Shown piece by piece: positions 9,915-21,800 of a stretch of 64,000 nt of DNA. This DNA comes from a virus (lineage: Duplodnaviria; Heunggongvirae; Uroviricota; Caudoviricetes): positions 95,394 to 159,393 of the IMG/VR virus record IMGVR_UViG_3300028584_000450. One strand, written 5' to 3'. The notes under the pieces were generated by a model that worked only from the letters and a program-made list of their open reading frames with translations, was not told the DNA's origin and searched no databases. The translations under genes and the position numbers were made by a program. Position 1 is the stretch's first letter. The number at the start of each line of letters is the position of its first letter.

Positions 9915-12874
9915 TTAAATTAGATTAATATCAAATGATTTAGATTGATCTAATTGATTGCCACAATTTATACCAAGTAAATCAACGCTATTTTTTAATC
10001 TACTACTAGATTGTTTAAATCCATTAAGATCTGCAAAAAAGTCAGACAAACTTGAATATATTTTTAGATTGATTCCACTAAATAGGTGGAATTGAACAAC
10101 ATTTTTCTTTCCCTCTTTAGCCTTTGTTATCTTTATTTCAAATGGAACAATATGCTGTATAAACATTCCAGACATATCTGTTAATGATAAATTTTTATCA
10201 AGTTCATCATTTCTGCAAACATCATTCCTTACTTGAGCTGACAATAAATCCAATTCAGATCTCATTCGGATCATATAAATATAATCGCTATATCGAACTT
10301 TCTTATAACTATCTCCAATGAGATCATTGGACATCGCAATAGATGCATTCTCAGAAGTTCTTGTATTTTGTGTAATTGATATTATTGGAATTGAATATAT
10401 TCTAGATGCCAACCGTAATTCTTGAATGATTACACCATGAGAATCATAATCATTATAGTTGGTATATTTAGAGTCCGATGGAACCATACGTTGTATTCAA
10501 TAAGGATCGCAAATCCTTATTCGCATATAATATCTATGCAGCTGCATATTTCTATGCAGACTAGACTATCTCTTCAACCTTTTTATCATAATACCTCCTA
10601 ATAGGTATTGAAGTTATAGGAGTTAGATAATTAATTAGGTAATTATCAAGGTGATCAACCGTGTCCTCCTAATTTACATGATAAAAATAGGTTGCCTCGC
10701 GCTTCCACTCGCTTGAGTGTACTCTACTCCCTTCCGTTATTCCTAACGTGGTTTCGATAGTCGTTGCACCTTCCCCATAGCGTTGGGGCTTGGCTCAGGA
10801 TTACCATATTCTTTCGAACTTAGGCTTCCCCTGAATTCACGAGGTATTTTCAATAATATTACTATTATTGGGCGCTTAATTACAAACGTCTATATAATCC
10901 ACCATAAGGCACTTAACATTATGCCCTTCAAGTTTGAGAATATCAATGAATTTAGTTGCATCGCTTGGTGAGAATGAGTTTTCATTACAATGTTTAATAA
11001 TGACTTTACATCTATTATTTGTTGTATGAATAATACATTCATTTATTAATTGTGATAATAACTTAGTAACTTCTGTCATCAATGATGTTGTGTTTGAATT
11101 TAATGATTCTTGAGTTCTAACCAATGTACTTACTTTAATGAACAATCGTCGTATTTCTGTAGAATCTATATTTCCAAAAATAGACATAAATCGTCTTAAT
11201 AGTTTATAAGCATCCGTAACTTCAATAAGGATCGTTACCCCTTACCCGCAGCATTATCTGCAGCTATATGTTTCCATATAGACGAGACCATATCATTACC
11301 CTAACATAATTAGATTGGATCTTTAATTAGACCTAATTCTGCTTTCAACTTTATTGAAAACCGCATAATAACCTCCGTATAAGTATATTGGGAGTGAGAT
11401 AAGTAATACGGTACTTATCGAAGCTGGCCAGCTTTTGTCCTCCCGAAATATAGACATCATTATGCTAGGGTACTTCCCGTTTCCACTTCACTTGAAGTGT
11501 ACTCCTCTGACGAGGATGGTCGTTGCACCTTCCTTATAAGAATAAGGCTTGGATCAGGATTGCCATAGGATTTCTCCCTTAGGTTTCCCTGAGTTAAAGA
11601 AGTGTTTCAATTATTATTACTAATAAAGGGGACAATATTTTATCCTCAAGAGTTATAAATACAAGTGTATCTTGTGGACCTATCATTGTCGGGTTATTGA
11701 CAATGATATTTCTTAGCATATTTATCATGAAAATGGATTTTGCATGATTTGATGGACCTGTAATTAAATGAAATGTTGAACTCTCTAATCCACCAATTGC
11801 ATTATCAATTAATGGATATCCACTTTTATAAAATGCATATCCTGAACTTAAAAATGATACTAAATTATTAACAACTTTTCCAACTGTACTTGGATCTGCT
11901 AATACCATATAATCTTCAAGTTGTTCACTTTTAGTTATCGTAGTTAAACTTGAAAGTTCATTATATGCAGTAGCAATTATATCTTTATACACTTTCACCA
12001 TATTTAATACAGAAGAATCAATAGACTCCGAAGATGACATTAGATTCTGCAATGCAATTAAAGTTGGTTTAATATTATCAACTTCATTATATGTTTGTAT
12101 TATATGGATGATTGTATCGAACTCACTTCGAAATCGATCAATGCTTGTTATTCGATCATTACTAACATTCTTCAATAATTTTTCAGTGTATAAATCTCGT
12201 TTTGGAAAATGTTGAAGTACATTATCATATGTTACTAATCGACTAGTTATATCTTCTCTTAATTCTAATATTTGATATGCAAGTCTAGTTGATGATTGAA
12301 GTGTAGTTTTCGGTACTTTTGTAAATTGACTATTAGGTGCTTTTCTAATATCTTTTTGAACATCATTTAAAAATTTACGAATGAATTTAACGACATCTGC
12401 AGATTTAGTAGAACTTGTTGAAAAATCAGCTTGATATAATGTTGTGTTAATTATAGATGATATAAATGATTCACTAACAAATCCAGAAAGGAATGTTGAT
12501 AAAAGTTTATCATCTGAAGGTTGAATTTGATTTTGTTGCGATGTTAATTGTAATTTTGTAGGATCAATTATTTTAGGTTGAGTTGGAATAGACATCACAC
12601 TAGACATCGGAGGTATTGCAGATTTATCTGGAATTTTTTTATTATCTGAAACTAAATCATGATTAATTACAATTGGTTGTTGTTCTATTATTAATGGTTC
12701 GGATGAACTTCCAATATCAGCAAGTGTATTTGGATCAATTATAGATACTTGTTGTTCTTGATTTATTGGAACGGTAGACGTGGGTGAATTAACAATTGGA
12801 GTCAAATTTGGTGGTTGAGGAACCTGTATTAATTGTACTGTATTGATACCATTAATGATATTGTTTTGTGGCAT
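9915..12874 (-). CDS. dnaB: DnaB-like replicative helicase, three exons: join(11642..12874, 10886..11214, 9915..10488), 711 aa spliced
   Basis: Walker A-like GPSNHAKS. Splicing restores FITLED|DAYKLLRRF and Walker B VDYIDV|MVPS. Motif 'ISITQNTR'. Exon sum 2136 nt is in frame. Confidence 0.88.
10489..10885 (-). mobile_element. Group I intron (IA-like) 2 of dnaB, no endonuclease
   Basis: P (GAATTCAGGGGAA), Q (AATCCTGAG), R (GTGCAACGACTA), S (AAGAGATAGTCT) elements; U-G 5' splice site; terminal G at 10489. Confidence 0.88.
11215..11641 (-). mobile_element. Group I intron (IA-like) 1 of dnaB, no endonuclease
   Basis: P1 GGAU/GUCC with U-G pair; AACTCAGGGAAA, AATCCTGAT, GTGCAACGACCA, ATGATATGGTCT core; terminal G at 11215. 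Confidence 0.88.
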
Positions 12875-12925
12875 AAATTCTCCATATAGTTAATAAAAAA
12901 TATTCATTATTTCATTCTTATAATC

Positions 12926-12939
12926 ATTAATATCTATAT
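12926..12939 (-). promoter_or_regulatory. Candidate phage promoter motif ATATAGATATTAAT
   Basis: Exact or near copies at 37075-37088(-), 54156-54169(+), 61508-61521(+), 55472-55483(-), all intergenic and facing a gene start. Confidence 0.55.
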
Positions 12940-12946
12940 CACTTTG

Positions 12947-14626
12947 TTATAATGAATAAGCAGTGAGAATTCCCTCTAAATATTTTGTAATCATAGTGGA
13001 CTTAAATATATTATCTAAAACAATTTCAGAAACCGCACCATTTACATGATTCGAAGAAACTTGTAACAGCTCATCATCCGTTACCTCAAATTTATTATCC
13101 CCCACATATAAATTAAATTGTTGGTTTAAGTCATCAATATGTACGTTGAATAATTTTCCATTTAAAATGTCTTTCATAATTATTAAGATTAAATATGATC
13201 TGATATGATCTACATGTTTAAATATGTCCGTTTTCATTAGATAATTATCATTAACGGCAAAATTCAATATGGGTAATATATCATCGATTATCCAAGCTGT
13301 AACTGCTTTATCATTGAAAAATTCTAAAAGCATTTTCTGATAATATATAAATGCCGTTAATTTTAATAAATCTTCATTATGTGTAATTGGATGATCTATT
13401 ATCCATTGTTTAATGAATTGTGGATTTGTTATTGACATTTTAGACATATACTCATCAATATTAAATCCATTTCCAAATTCATGAACTAATTCTTTAGAAT
13501 ACCACTTATGAGATAATACATATGAATTAATAAAGAATAATGGAGTTTGACTAAATTGAAATGATATTTGTTCTAATGTAGTTAATTTAGGAGATTGTTC
13601 CGTTAAATATGATATTAGATTAGATATGATTAATTCTTCTTGCTGTATATACCATCCAGTTTGATTATCAGCATAATATTCACCTAACTTTGAATACAAT
13701 CCATTATGTAATAAATCACCTGCATATATATATGAATTATGGTTAAAGTAATCAAACAATATCTGTGTATTGATATCTAATGAATTGCTTGTGGAATGAT
13801 ATGTTAATATTATATCTTTTAATTTTAGTATACTTACACGAAGACTAGATAATGTATATTCAGTTAAATGAGAAGATATATTACCACCCATTTGAAATAT
13901 ATTAACTAAACTAAATTTAATAATATCATCCGTTATTTCATTTAAATTATCACTAATATAACTTTCAAATTGAATTGCTAAACTTTCTTTATTGATAGAA
14001 TCGATTGTAGGTAATATATTATTCATAGTTGAATAATACGAAGATCCAAATATACTCAATTTAGACACAACATTTAACATATGATAAAATGGATAAACTG
14101 CAACTTCAGAAAAATTTAGAGTTGTAGGAAATGAATCTTGATTAATCATATATCCAAAACATTCAGAACTATCAGTAAAATAATCAATTGATATTAAATA
14201 TGAAGATTTCAGTTCTGTATATAAATGTTGTAGTGCTTGAAAGTATTGTAAATTCGGACCTAATAGGTTATATGTTTGGAATATTTGAATATATATCTGA
14301 TCTTGTTCTGGAGGCAAATCTGATAATAATTTAATAATATCTGAAATATCACAACATGTTATAATTTTAACTGGACTGAATCCAACTTTACATGCAATTC
14401 CATTTACAATTTCTTTTTTACTAAGAGATGTGAAAATTTTTTGATTTTTCAATGGTACATTATATAATCGTTCTTTAAAATCTAAATTTTCAGTTGGTAA
14501 TAATGTTTGGCCGTTCTGTAACGATGAATATAAATATTGAATTGATTCCGCCATTGTATTAAATTTATATGTTGGATTTTGGGTAGTATTTAAGTATTTT
14601 GAAAAATATTCTGCGAAATAAGTCAT
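12947..14626 (-). CDS. Hypothetical protein (559 aa)
   Basis: Long ORF abutting the gp48-like gene. Confidence 0.7.
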   Translation of the reverse strand: MTYFAEYFSKYLNTTQNPTYKFNTMAESIQYLYSSLQNGQTLLPTENLDFKERLYNVPLKNQKIFTSLSKKEIVNGIACKVGFSPVKIITCCDISDIIKLLSDLPPEQDQIYIQIFQTYNLLGPNLQYFQALQHLYTELKSSYLISIDYFTDSSECFGYMINQDSFPTTLNFSEVAVYPFYHMLNVVSKLSIFGSSYYSTMNNILPTIDSINKESLAIQFESYISDNLNEITDDIIKFSLVNIFQMGGNISSHLTEYTLSSLRVSILKLKDIILTYHSTSNSLDINTQILFDYFNHNSYIYAGDLLHNGLYSKLGEYYADNQTGWYIQQEELIISNLISYLTEQSPKLTTLEQISFQFSQTPLFFINSYVLSHKWYSKELVHEFGNGFNIDEYMSKMSITNPQFIKQWIIDHPITHNEDLLKLTAFIYYQKMLLEFFNDKAVTAWIIDDILPILNFAVNDNYLMKTDIFKHVDHIRSYLILIIMKDILNGKLFNVHIDDLNQQFNLYVGDNKFEVTDDELLQVSSNHVNGAVSEIVLDNIFKSTMITKYLEGILTAYSL

Positions 14627-15814
14627 TTACTTTGTCTCCCCTGAAAGATTACTAAGACCTCTAGTAACATTCTCAATTAATAATGAACTGTGAGTTGTTC
14701 CTAGAACCAACTTTTCACTAACATCATTTGCCATAACAACACTGATTGGAGCTGGTCTAAGAGATTGAATAATATTACCAATTGTAGTTATTGTAGGTGA
14801 TTCGGTTATATAGTCCTCAGAAAATGGTTTTGTTGCATCATCCATAGTGGCAATATCTTTAAATTTTGGAACACATGCGGCAAATCCAGCAGCTAATGGA
14901 CGTATTGTTATGTTTATATCTAATATTAATGGTTGTTTATAAATATTATATGCAGTTTCTCGACCTCCACGCCGAACATTAATTCCTTCAATATATCCTA
15001 AATTGATATTTGAAGTTCCATATCCATGTATACGTAATGGTCGTGGTAATCCATAAGACATACCATCATTTGTCGTTGGAGATCCTAATAATAATAAATA
15101 TATTAATTGTTCTGTAATATAATATTTTACAGATTCTGGATCACCATATGGGCTAACTAATTTAACAGCTAATGTCAATGATGGATTATATGAAGATGAT
15201 GTCCATATTTTAGGTAGACTGATTTTTTTCCCTTGAAAAATCATTTCAGCGGCAGTTCCAATAACAGCATTTCCAGCATCCTGAACTGCTTGTTTAACTG
15301 CTCCATCTCCAATAAAATTCATTGCACCATTAAATGTATCTTGAGCCACCCCTTTAGTAAAATCGGAAGTTGCTGTTATGACATTCTGTCCATTCGATCC
15401 AACACTTTTACCTAAACTAGTTGCACTTTTTATACTTCTAATGATATTACTCATGCCTTCTAAACTAGATAGCCCAGTTTCAATTACGTTTGGAGAGTAA
15501 TCATTACTAAAATTATCATTAGCTACAGAATCATCAGTCAGCCATAATCTTAATCCAAGTGCTGGAGTTGATAAGTTATATGCGGCACATAAGTTTTTAT
15601 AATCTTCAGTTGCACTTGAAAAATCATAACTTATTGCCCATCCATTCTTATTTATTTTAGATAGATCTAAATTATAATCACACGGAAGTAAATCAGTTAC
15701 AGATAAATGAGAACGGATATGTTTTGTTGTTCGGCCATCTAAATCTATCTCTGGTCTTAATTTTATAAGGTTTCCAATATCTTTTAAAGTATTAGAAGTT
15801 TTAAAGTTATCCAT
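14627..15814 (-). CDS. Tail tube initiator/baseplate protein (gp48/gp54-like)
   Basis: Follows tape measure; 'LPKIWTSSSY...SPYG...P..LRIHGYG...GYIEGINVRRGG' pattern. Confidence 0.55.
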   Translation of the reverse strand: MDNFKTSNTLKDIGNLIKLRPEIDLDGRTTKHIRSHLSVTDLLPCDYNLDLSKINKNGWAISYDFSSATEDYKNLCAAYNLSTPALGLRLWLTDDSVANDNFSNDYSPNVIETGLSSLEGMSNIIRSIKSATSLGKSVGSNGQNVITATSDFTKGVAQDTFNGAMNFIGDGAVKQAVQDAGNAVIGTAAEMIFQGKKISLPKIWTSSSYNPSLTLAVKLVSPYGDPESVKYYITEQLIYLLLLGSPTTNDGMSYGLPRPLRIHGYGTSNINLGYIEGINVRRGGRETAYNIYKQPLILDINITIRPLAAGFAACVPKFKDIATMDDATKPFSEDYITESPTITTIGNIIQSLRPAPISVVMANDVSEKLVLGTTHSSLLIENVTRGLSNLSGETK

Positions 15815-15828
15815 ATATCTCCTTATTC

Positions 15829-15865
15829 AATATTGAGGGTGTTAATAATATACACCCTCAATATT
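15829..15865. other. 14-bp perfect stem-loop between tape measure stop and next RBS
   Basis: AATATTGAGGGTGT / ACACCCTCAATATT. Confidence 0.8.
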
Positions 15866-15872
15866 AAAATAA

Positions 15873-18800
15873 TTACCTTAAAATTTGAAATGGACTCTGT
15901 CCCATTGCAAATGATGTGATTCCAGATTCAATACTAATGATTGTATTCTTAAATATACTATCTATCATATTTTCTGCAAATCCATTAATGGATCTCAAAT
16001 TATGGGTATTAACAGTACCTTGATCAACTCCAGGAGATGAAAATGCTGGTGGAGGAGCTTGTGGAGGAATATTAACTTGAGCTTGTTTCCTTAAATCCAT
16101 CTTTCCAGTAATAGTTTCCTCATACTTAGGAACATGTACAGCATTAGTCATTTCAACCGGATCAATTTTACCAACTGTTGATTGAGAATCTATATTCATA
16201 TTTACATTTCGAAGTTTTGCAATTTCATCAGAAAATGTATATATTGCAGTTGATAATCGTCCAATAACAATATTAGAATTTTCTTGAGAATATGAATTTT
16301 GTTCAATAACACGGGATTGATTATGCTCTGTAAAACTTTTCTGAAGTAAATCTCCAAAAATATTTTGGAATTGAGAACTATCTAATGGGACTATGGCTTC
16401 ATTAGGATGGATTTCTGCAGGAATACTATCATAATCTCCATCAAACATATGTCGTCTATTAATTGGATATGGTTTATAATAAGCTCCAGTTCGGGCATGT
16501 ACAATATATTTCGGATCACCAGTAAGCATTTGCTTTGCAATTGTACGGGCTCTATTTTTAGTCGGTCCACGTCCATAATCACTATTTAATATTTCAGCAG
16601 CAGCATATTTCCAATTCTTTTCCCTAATTCCTTTTCGCATTTCTTTAAATCCACGAACACCACCACCACCCATATTAAATACCATATCAATTAATGCACC
16701 CTGTCTAACACCATCCCCTTCAAGCATGTTAAATTCTTCAATTCTTCTTGCTTCATTAACTGCAGTTTGGAAATCTTTTGCAAATAATACATCTATTTGA
16801 TCTTGACTAATGGGTTCTTTAAAATGCTCTCCTTTTAAAATAAAATGCCCAACCCCGATTGATCTTCCATTTGCATCTGGATAAGACGTGGCCCAATTAC
16901 CTTCATGACTTCGAATTTGAGATTTAAATGCTTGTTCAAGATTGGGACCAAGTGGAGTTTGTATTGCATATGAAGTTTCTCCACCAAGGGATTCTTTAAT
17001 TGCATTTATTGGAGTTGAATTTGAAATTGCTTGAGCTGGCGCCGAATTAACAATTGCTTGAGCTGTGTCTGAGTTTGCAATTTTTGTTCCTATAGATTTT
17101 GCGGTATCTACTGTAGATTTAATTATTGGAGATTTATATGCTTCTTCAGCTCGGGATTTTAGTTTCTCTATAAATGGAAGGGCTTTCCATTCTTCAGAAT
17201 TTCGATCAATAGGTAATTTCTTTGGAGGCTTTCCTAATTCAGGTGGAGTTGGAGTCATTGTTTCTTCTTTAAATTCTCCAAGAACTCCTTTATAATCTGA
17301 TTTTGCTTTTTCTGAAGGAACTTTCGTCTCATTTGGAGTTACCCATAAATCTAATGTTTTATCAAGTACAATTTTATTCGCTTTTTTCAGTTCTGTAAAT
17401 TTTCCAAAATCATTTCCAATTAAAATCTGAACGTCTTTACTGCATACTTTTTTTAGTGCTTCTAAAGAATCTTTACCTTGTTGTTCAAGTTCAGGACTAA
17501 CAACTCCAGTCTTTTTTGCTAATTGAATATCATGATATATTAACCAACCTTCAATAGCAACTTGTGCTGCTATTGATGCAACTGAACCAAGCCCAAGAGT
17601 AAAGATTGGAACAAGACTCAATGCTCCAGATGCAAATTCAGCAGATGCTCCTGTATAGTCTCCATGCAATACGCGTTTAATTGCTAATCCAGTACCAACA
17701 CCAACTCCAATTCCTGGAATTAATTTAGCTCCAACTTTACCAGTACCTTTAACTGTAGCTTTAATTACATTTCCACTTCCAGGTATTATACCTCCAACGG
17801 ATTTAGCAGCATCTATTGCAAATTTACCAACTCCAGATGATTTAATAGCGGTTGTCGCTTTACCTCCATATTCAAGTGCAGTTTCTCCAATAGAAGTTGC
17901 AATTTTACCAACTTTAGTATTTTTAGCCGCAGCGACACCAGCAATAGTAGCTTTACCAACTGTGCTATTTTTTACTAATCCAGTTCCAGATTCTATAATT
18001 CCTTTTGCAAATGGAATTACTTTTTTACCAATAGCTGCCCCGAATGGAAGTGCTTTTTTAGCTATAGAACTTCCAATTCCAGCTGCTTTTTCGCTAAGAA
18101 ATTTACCAGTTCCTCCACTAAGACGTCCGAGAATTCCTGAGATTCCAGATGTTATTGGTTTTAATAATCGGCTCAATCCATTTAATATTGAAGATCCAAC
18201 TTTAAGATCAGCGCTCATTGGAGATGATTTACTTTTTATAAATGCAGCAGCGAGTGCAGCTGTAATAGATGTTGTCAGTGCTGGTACAAGAGCCCCTGTA
18301 ATAGCCGCTAATGCACCTCCACTTAATAACGATTTAAGCAATCCTCCACCTGAAAATAATCCAGCTAATCCACTAAAAACATCTTTATTTTGTAAACTGC
18401 GTTCTGCAATTAATTTTAATTGTTCATATGCATCTGATAATCGAGTATCTAAATCGCCTGTAAATGATTCAAATGATTTATGATATGTTAAAGTAGAATC
18501 AATTTCTTGAACCTCTTTATTTTCACGTTGAGTATCTTTAAGTTCACGCAATTCATTAGTTACAGATGAATGTCCGAGTCCAGTTGTTGGTTTAGATACT
18601 ACTTCACCATCATGTAAATGATATACTGCACCTTTTTTAGGAGTGATGACTTCTCGAGAATCTCCAGGTTTTAATGAATCTAATCTATTAATACCACGTT
18701 TAAATTCAGTAGAATCCCAGTCTTCTTCTTTATGTAATTTATGAAATCGAAATCGTTGTTTATTTAATTTCAATTTTCGTAATTTAAATCTTTCCAGATC

Positions 18801-21800
18801 TTCAATCTTAGATTGGTTATTTTGACCAACCATATCTGGAGCATCTTGTTTTATATTTGGGAGTTGTAATAATTTTGCTCGAGTAGGTTTTGGATCATTT
18901 GGATCATCTAACTTGGATGATGTTTGAATATTTTGTCCAATAAGATCTATAGGATCTTGATTTATCGGGATTTGTGATAGTTTTATACCATTAGATTTCG
19001 GGTCTTTCGGATCATCACTTGTTTGAGATGACAAATTTGATATAAGTTTTGGTATAATTGAAACAATATTGAGTATTGACTTAATGTCATTTTGATTGGA
19101 ATTATAATCATCTGGAGTTTTAGGCATTCGAGTTATAATGGGAGGAGGTGTATTGATAATGTCAGAAACATAATCATCTGGAGTTTTAGGCATTCGAGTT
19201 ATAATGGGAGGAGGTGTATTGATAATATCGGAATTATAATCATCTGGAGTTTTAGATTTAGATGCCAATCTTGAAATTACTGGAGATGGATTAATAATAT
19301 CGGAAGTATAATCATCTGAAACATTAACATCTTTTGGTATTGATATTTTATTTGAATTAGAAAGTTTAATTAATTCAGCTAATTGAGCTTCATTTCTAAT
19401 TTTAAATAAATCCAATGTAATGTTATTTTTCTTAACAATTCCAATTAAATCAATAATATTGTCTTGTGGTGTTGGTGGATTTAATTGATCTTCACCAAGA
19501 TCTGGAGTTGGATTTTTAATATTATCTAATTTATTAGCAATTATATCCAGTTGAGTTTCATTTTTACTTCTGAATAAATCCAATGTAGTTTGATTACTAA
19601 TATTATCTAATTTATTAGCAATTATATCCAGTTGAGTTTCATTTTTACTTCTGAATAAATCCAATGTAGTTTGATTACTAATATTATCTAATTTATTAGC
19701 AATTATATCCAGTTGAGTTTCATTTTTACTTCTGAATAAATCCAAAGTTTGAATTGTTGATTTTTTAAATTTTCTAATTTCTCGTATTAGTTTTTGTGCA
19801 ATACGATCTGGTGATAATCCAGTTGATGAAGATTGGTTTTGTTTAATATTAATTGGTGCTACTAATTTAGCTTTTTCATTTTCTCCAAAAATTTCTTCAG
19901 CAGTTTTAATATTCCCAATTTTATATGGATCATCAAACACCCCAGACTGTCGGGATGTTCTAGTAGTTCTAAAATCAACAATGCCTTTTCCAAGTCCAGA
20001 TAAAATACTTTTTCCAATATTACCTAATCGTCGTGATGGGTTCCGTTCACTATCATTTAGTGTAGCAAGCTCATCTCTAAATCCACGAAGTCCCCCAGAA
20101 ATGCCAGATATGACTTCTTTAGTTGGTGTTAATTTTTGAATTTTTGAAACTAATTTTAATCGTCTTCCATATGTGCTGTCTAGCATCTTATTTTGTTCTG
20201 CTGTATATTTTGCTTTACGAAGCTCTTGCAGTTTATCATAACTTTTCTGATTATAATATTCTCCAGATATATCATCGTAAATTTTTCTAGAAGCACTTTC
20301 AGCAGTAGATGTTACAGTTCCACCTTTAATTCGAACTAACTCTTGAATATTTTTATCAATAGATGTAAGTAAATTAACTTCTTCTAAATTAGCTGTAGAT
20401 ATTTCATCTAATTTATTAGGCAATCCAATAGTAAAGAATAAATCTTTCTTTTCATCAATAGATTTAATTAATCCAAGTTTCTTCTTTAATATATTTGGAT
20501 CTTTTTTATGTTCAGTTAATTCATCTCCAAGAACAAATCGCTTTGCTGAAGTTATTGCTTTATTAGTTAGACTCTTAATTGGATCCGTTATTGTCTTTAT
20601 AGGACTCCACATAAACTTAGCTGTGGCTTGAAGCCCCTCAAGTGCTTGTCCAAGAATTGGAATGTTTTTCCAAAATCCAAAATCTTTTGGAGAAAATATA
20701 GGTTCACTAATATCTGTATTTTCGGATTTTTCAACACCTTGCTTAAACTGGTATCTTAACAAATCAAAAATTCCAGATTGCAATGTTATCATTTTTGCTT
20801 CTGGAGATTCACTACCACCAAGTAATGTATATGATGGTGTTGTTAATAATTTCAAATGAGGTAAAGATAATCCAGTTTCTCTTGATAATTTTTGTAATCG
20901 TTGAGGTCTATTATATTCAAGTTTTCGATTAAATGCCATCTCATCTACTTCATTTATGACAGTTCCACGACCTTTGCCTTCTAATATTAAAGTCATTAAC
21001 TGTTGGATTGGAAATCTAGCGAGAAGTTGTTGCAATCCAATTACTGAACGATCAAATCCATATGATGAGACTTTTGCAGTTTTTTGAAATATACCAGGAT
21101 CTTCATTTGCTTCAATTTTATCACGATTAATTGTGTGTCGATATTCATCTGTACTAGCATTTACATCTTTAGTTCGTTGATCTTCTGTATATTTAGTAGC
21201 ACTCGCAATTATACTAATTGGGGATGTATGACTTTCAATCATCTTAAGTAATTCAATTTTAATCTGATCTGCTGCACTTAATTCATTGGCAGAAGTCAAT
21301 TGACTAATTATAGAAGATAATCCTCTAGATCTACTAGTTTTCTTTTCAAGTGAAGAAGTAGATTCTTTTCCACCTCTTATTTTTTTACGCTTATTATCAG
21401 CTTTAGCATTTAATATTGCTCCAGCTATTGATGGTAATGCCAGGGTTAGAGCTCCAGCAATTACAGGAGCAGTTACTCCTGCAGCCAATCCAGTTGCTCC
21501 AACACCATTAAGTGCAGTTGCTCCAATTTTTCCAGTGAGCCCCTTAGTAACTCCCATCAATGCTGCTGCTTTTCCACTCATGGCCATCCCAGGAAGTTGG
21601 CTCATCCCAAATCCAAGAGTACCTGTAGTGGCTAACGCCGCCATTTTAACTGAATTTAATCCATTCATTAAAGATGCCGCTTTCCCAGTTGCTCCAAGTT
21701 GCTCTTTTTGCTGAATTTGAGTTTTTGCTCGTCTAGCATTTAGAGCCATTCTATTTCCTAGAGATGCGGCAGCCATCATTGGCATTGCAGTTCCAAGAGT

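Noticed and set aside
19105-19745. Regular repeats as a CRISPR array (Cas4-like gene in window)
   Set aside because: Units are contiguous, multiples of 3, in frame within the tape measure, and have no unique spacers
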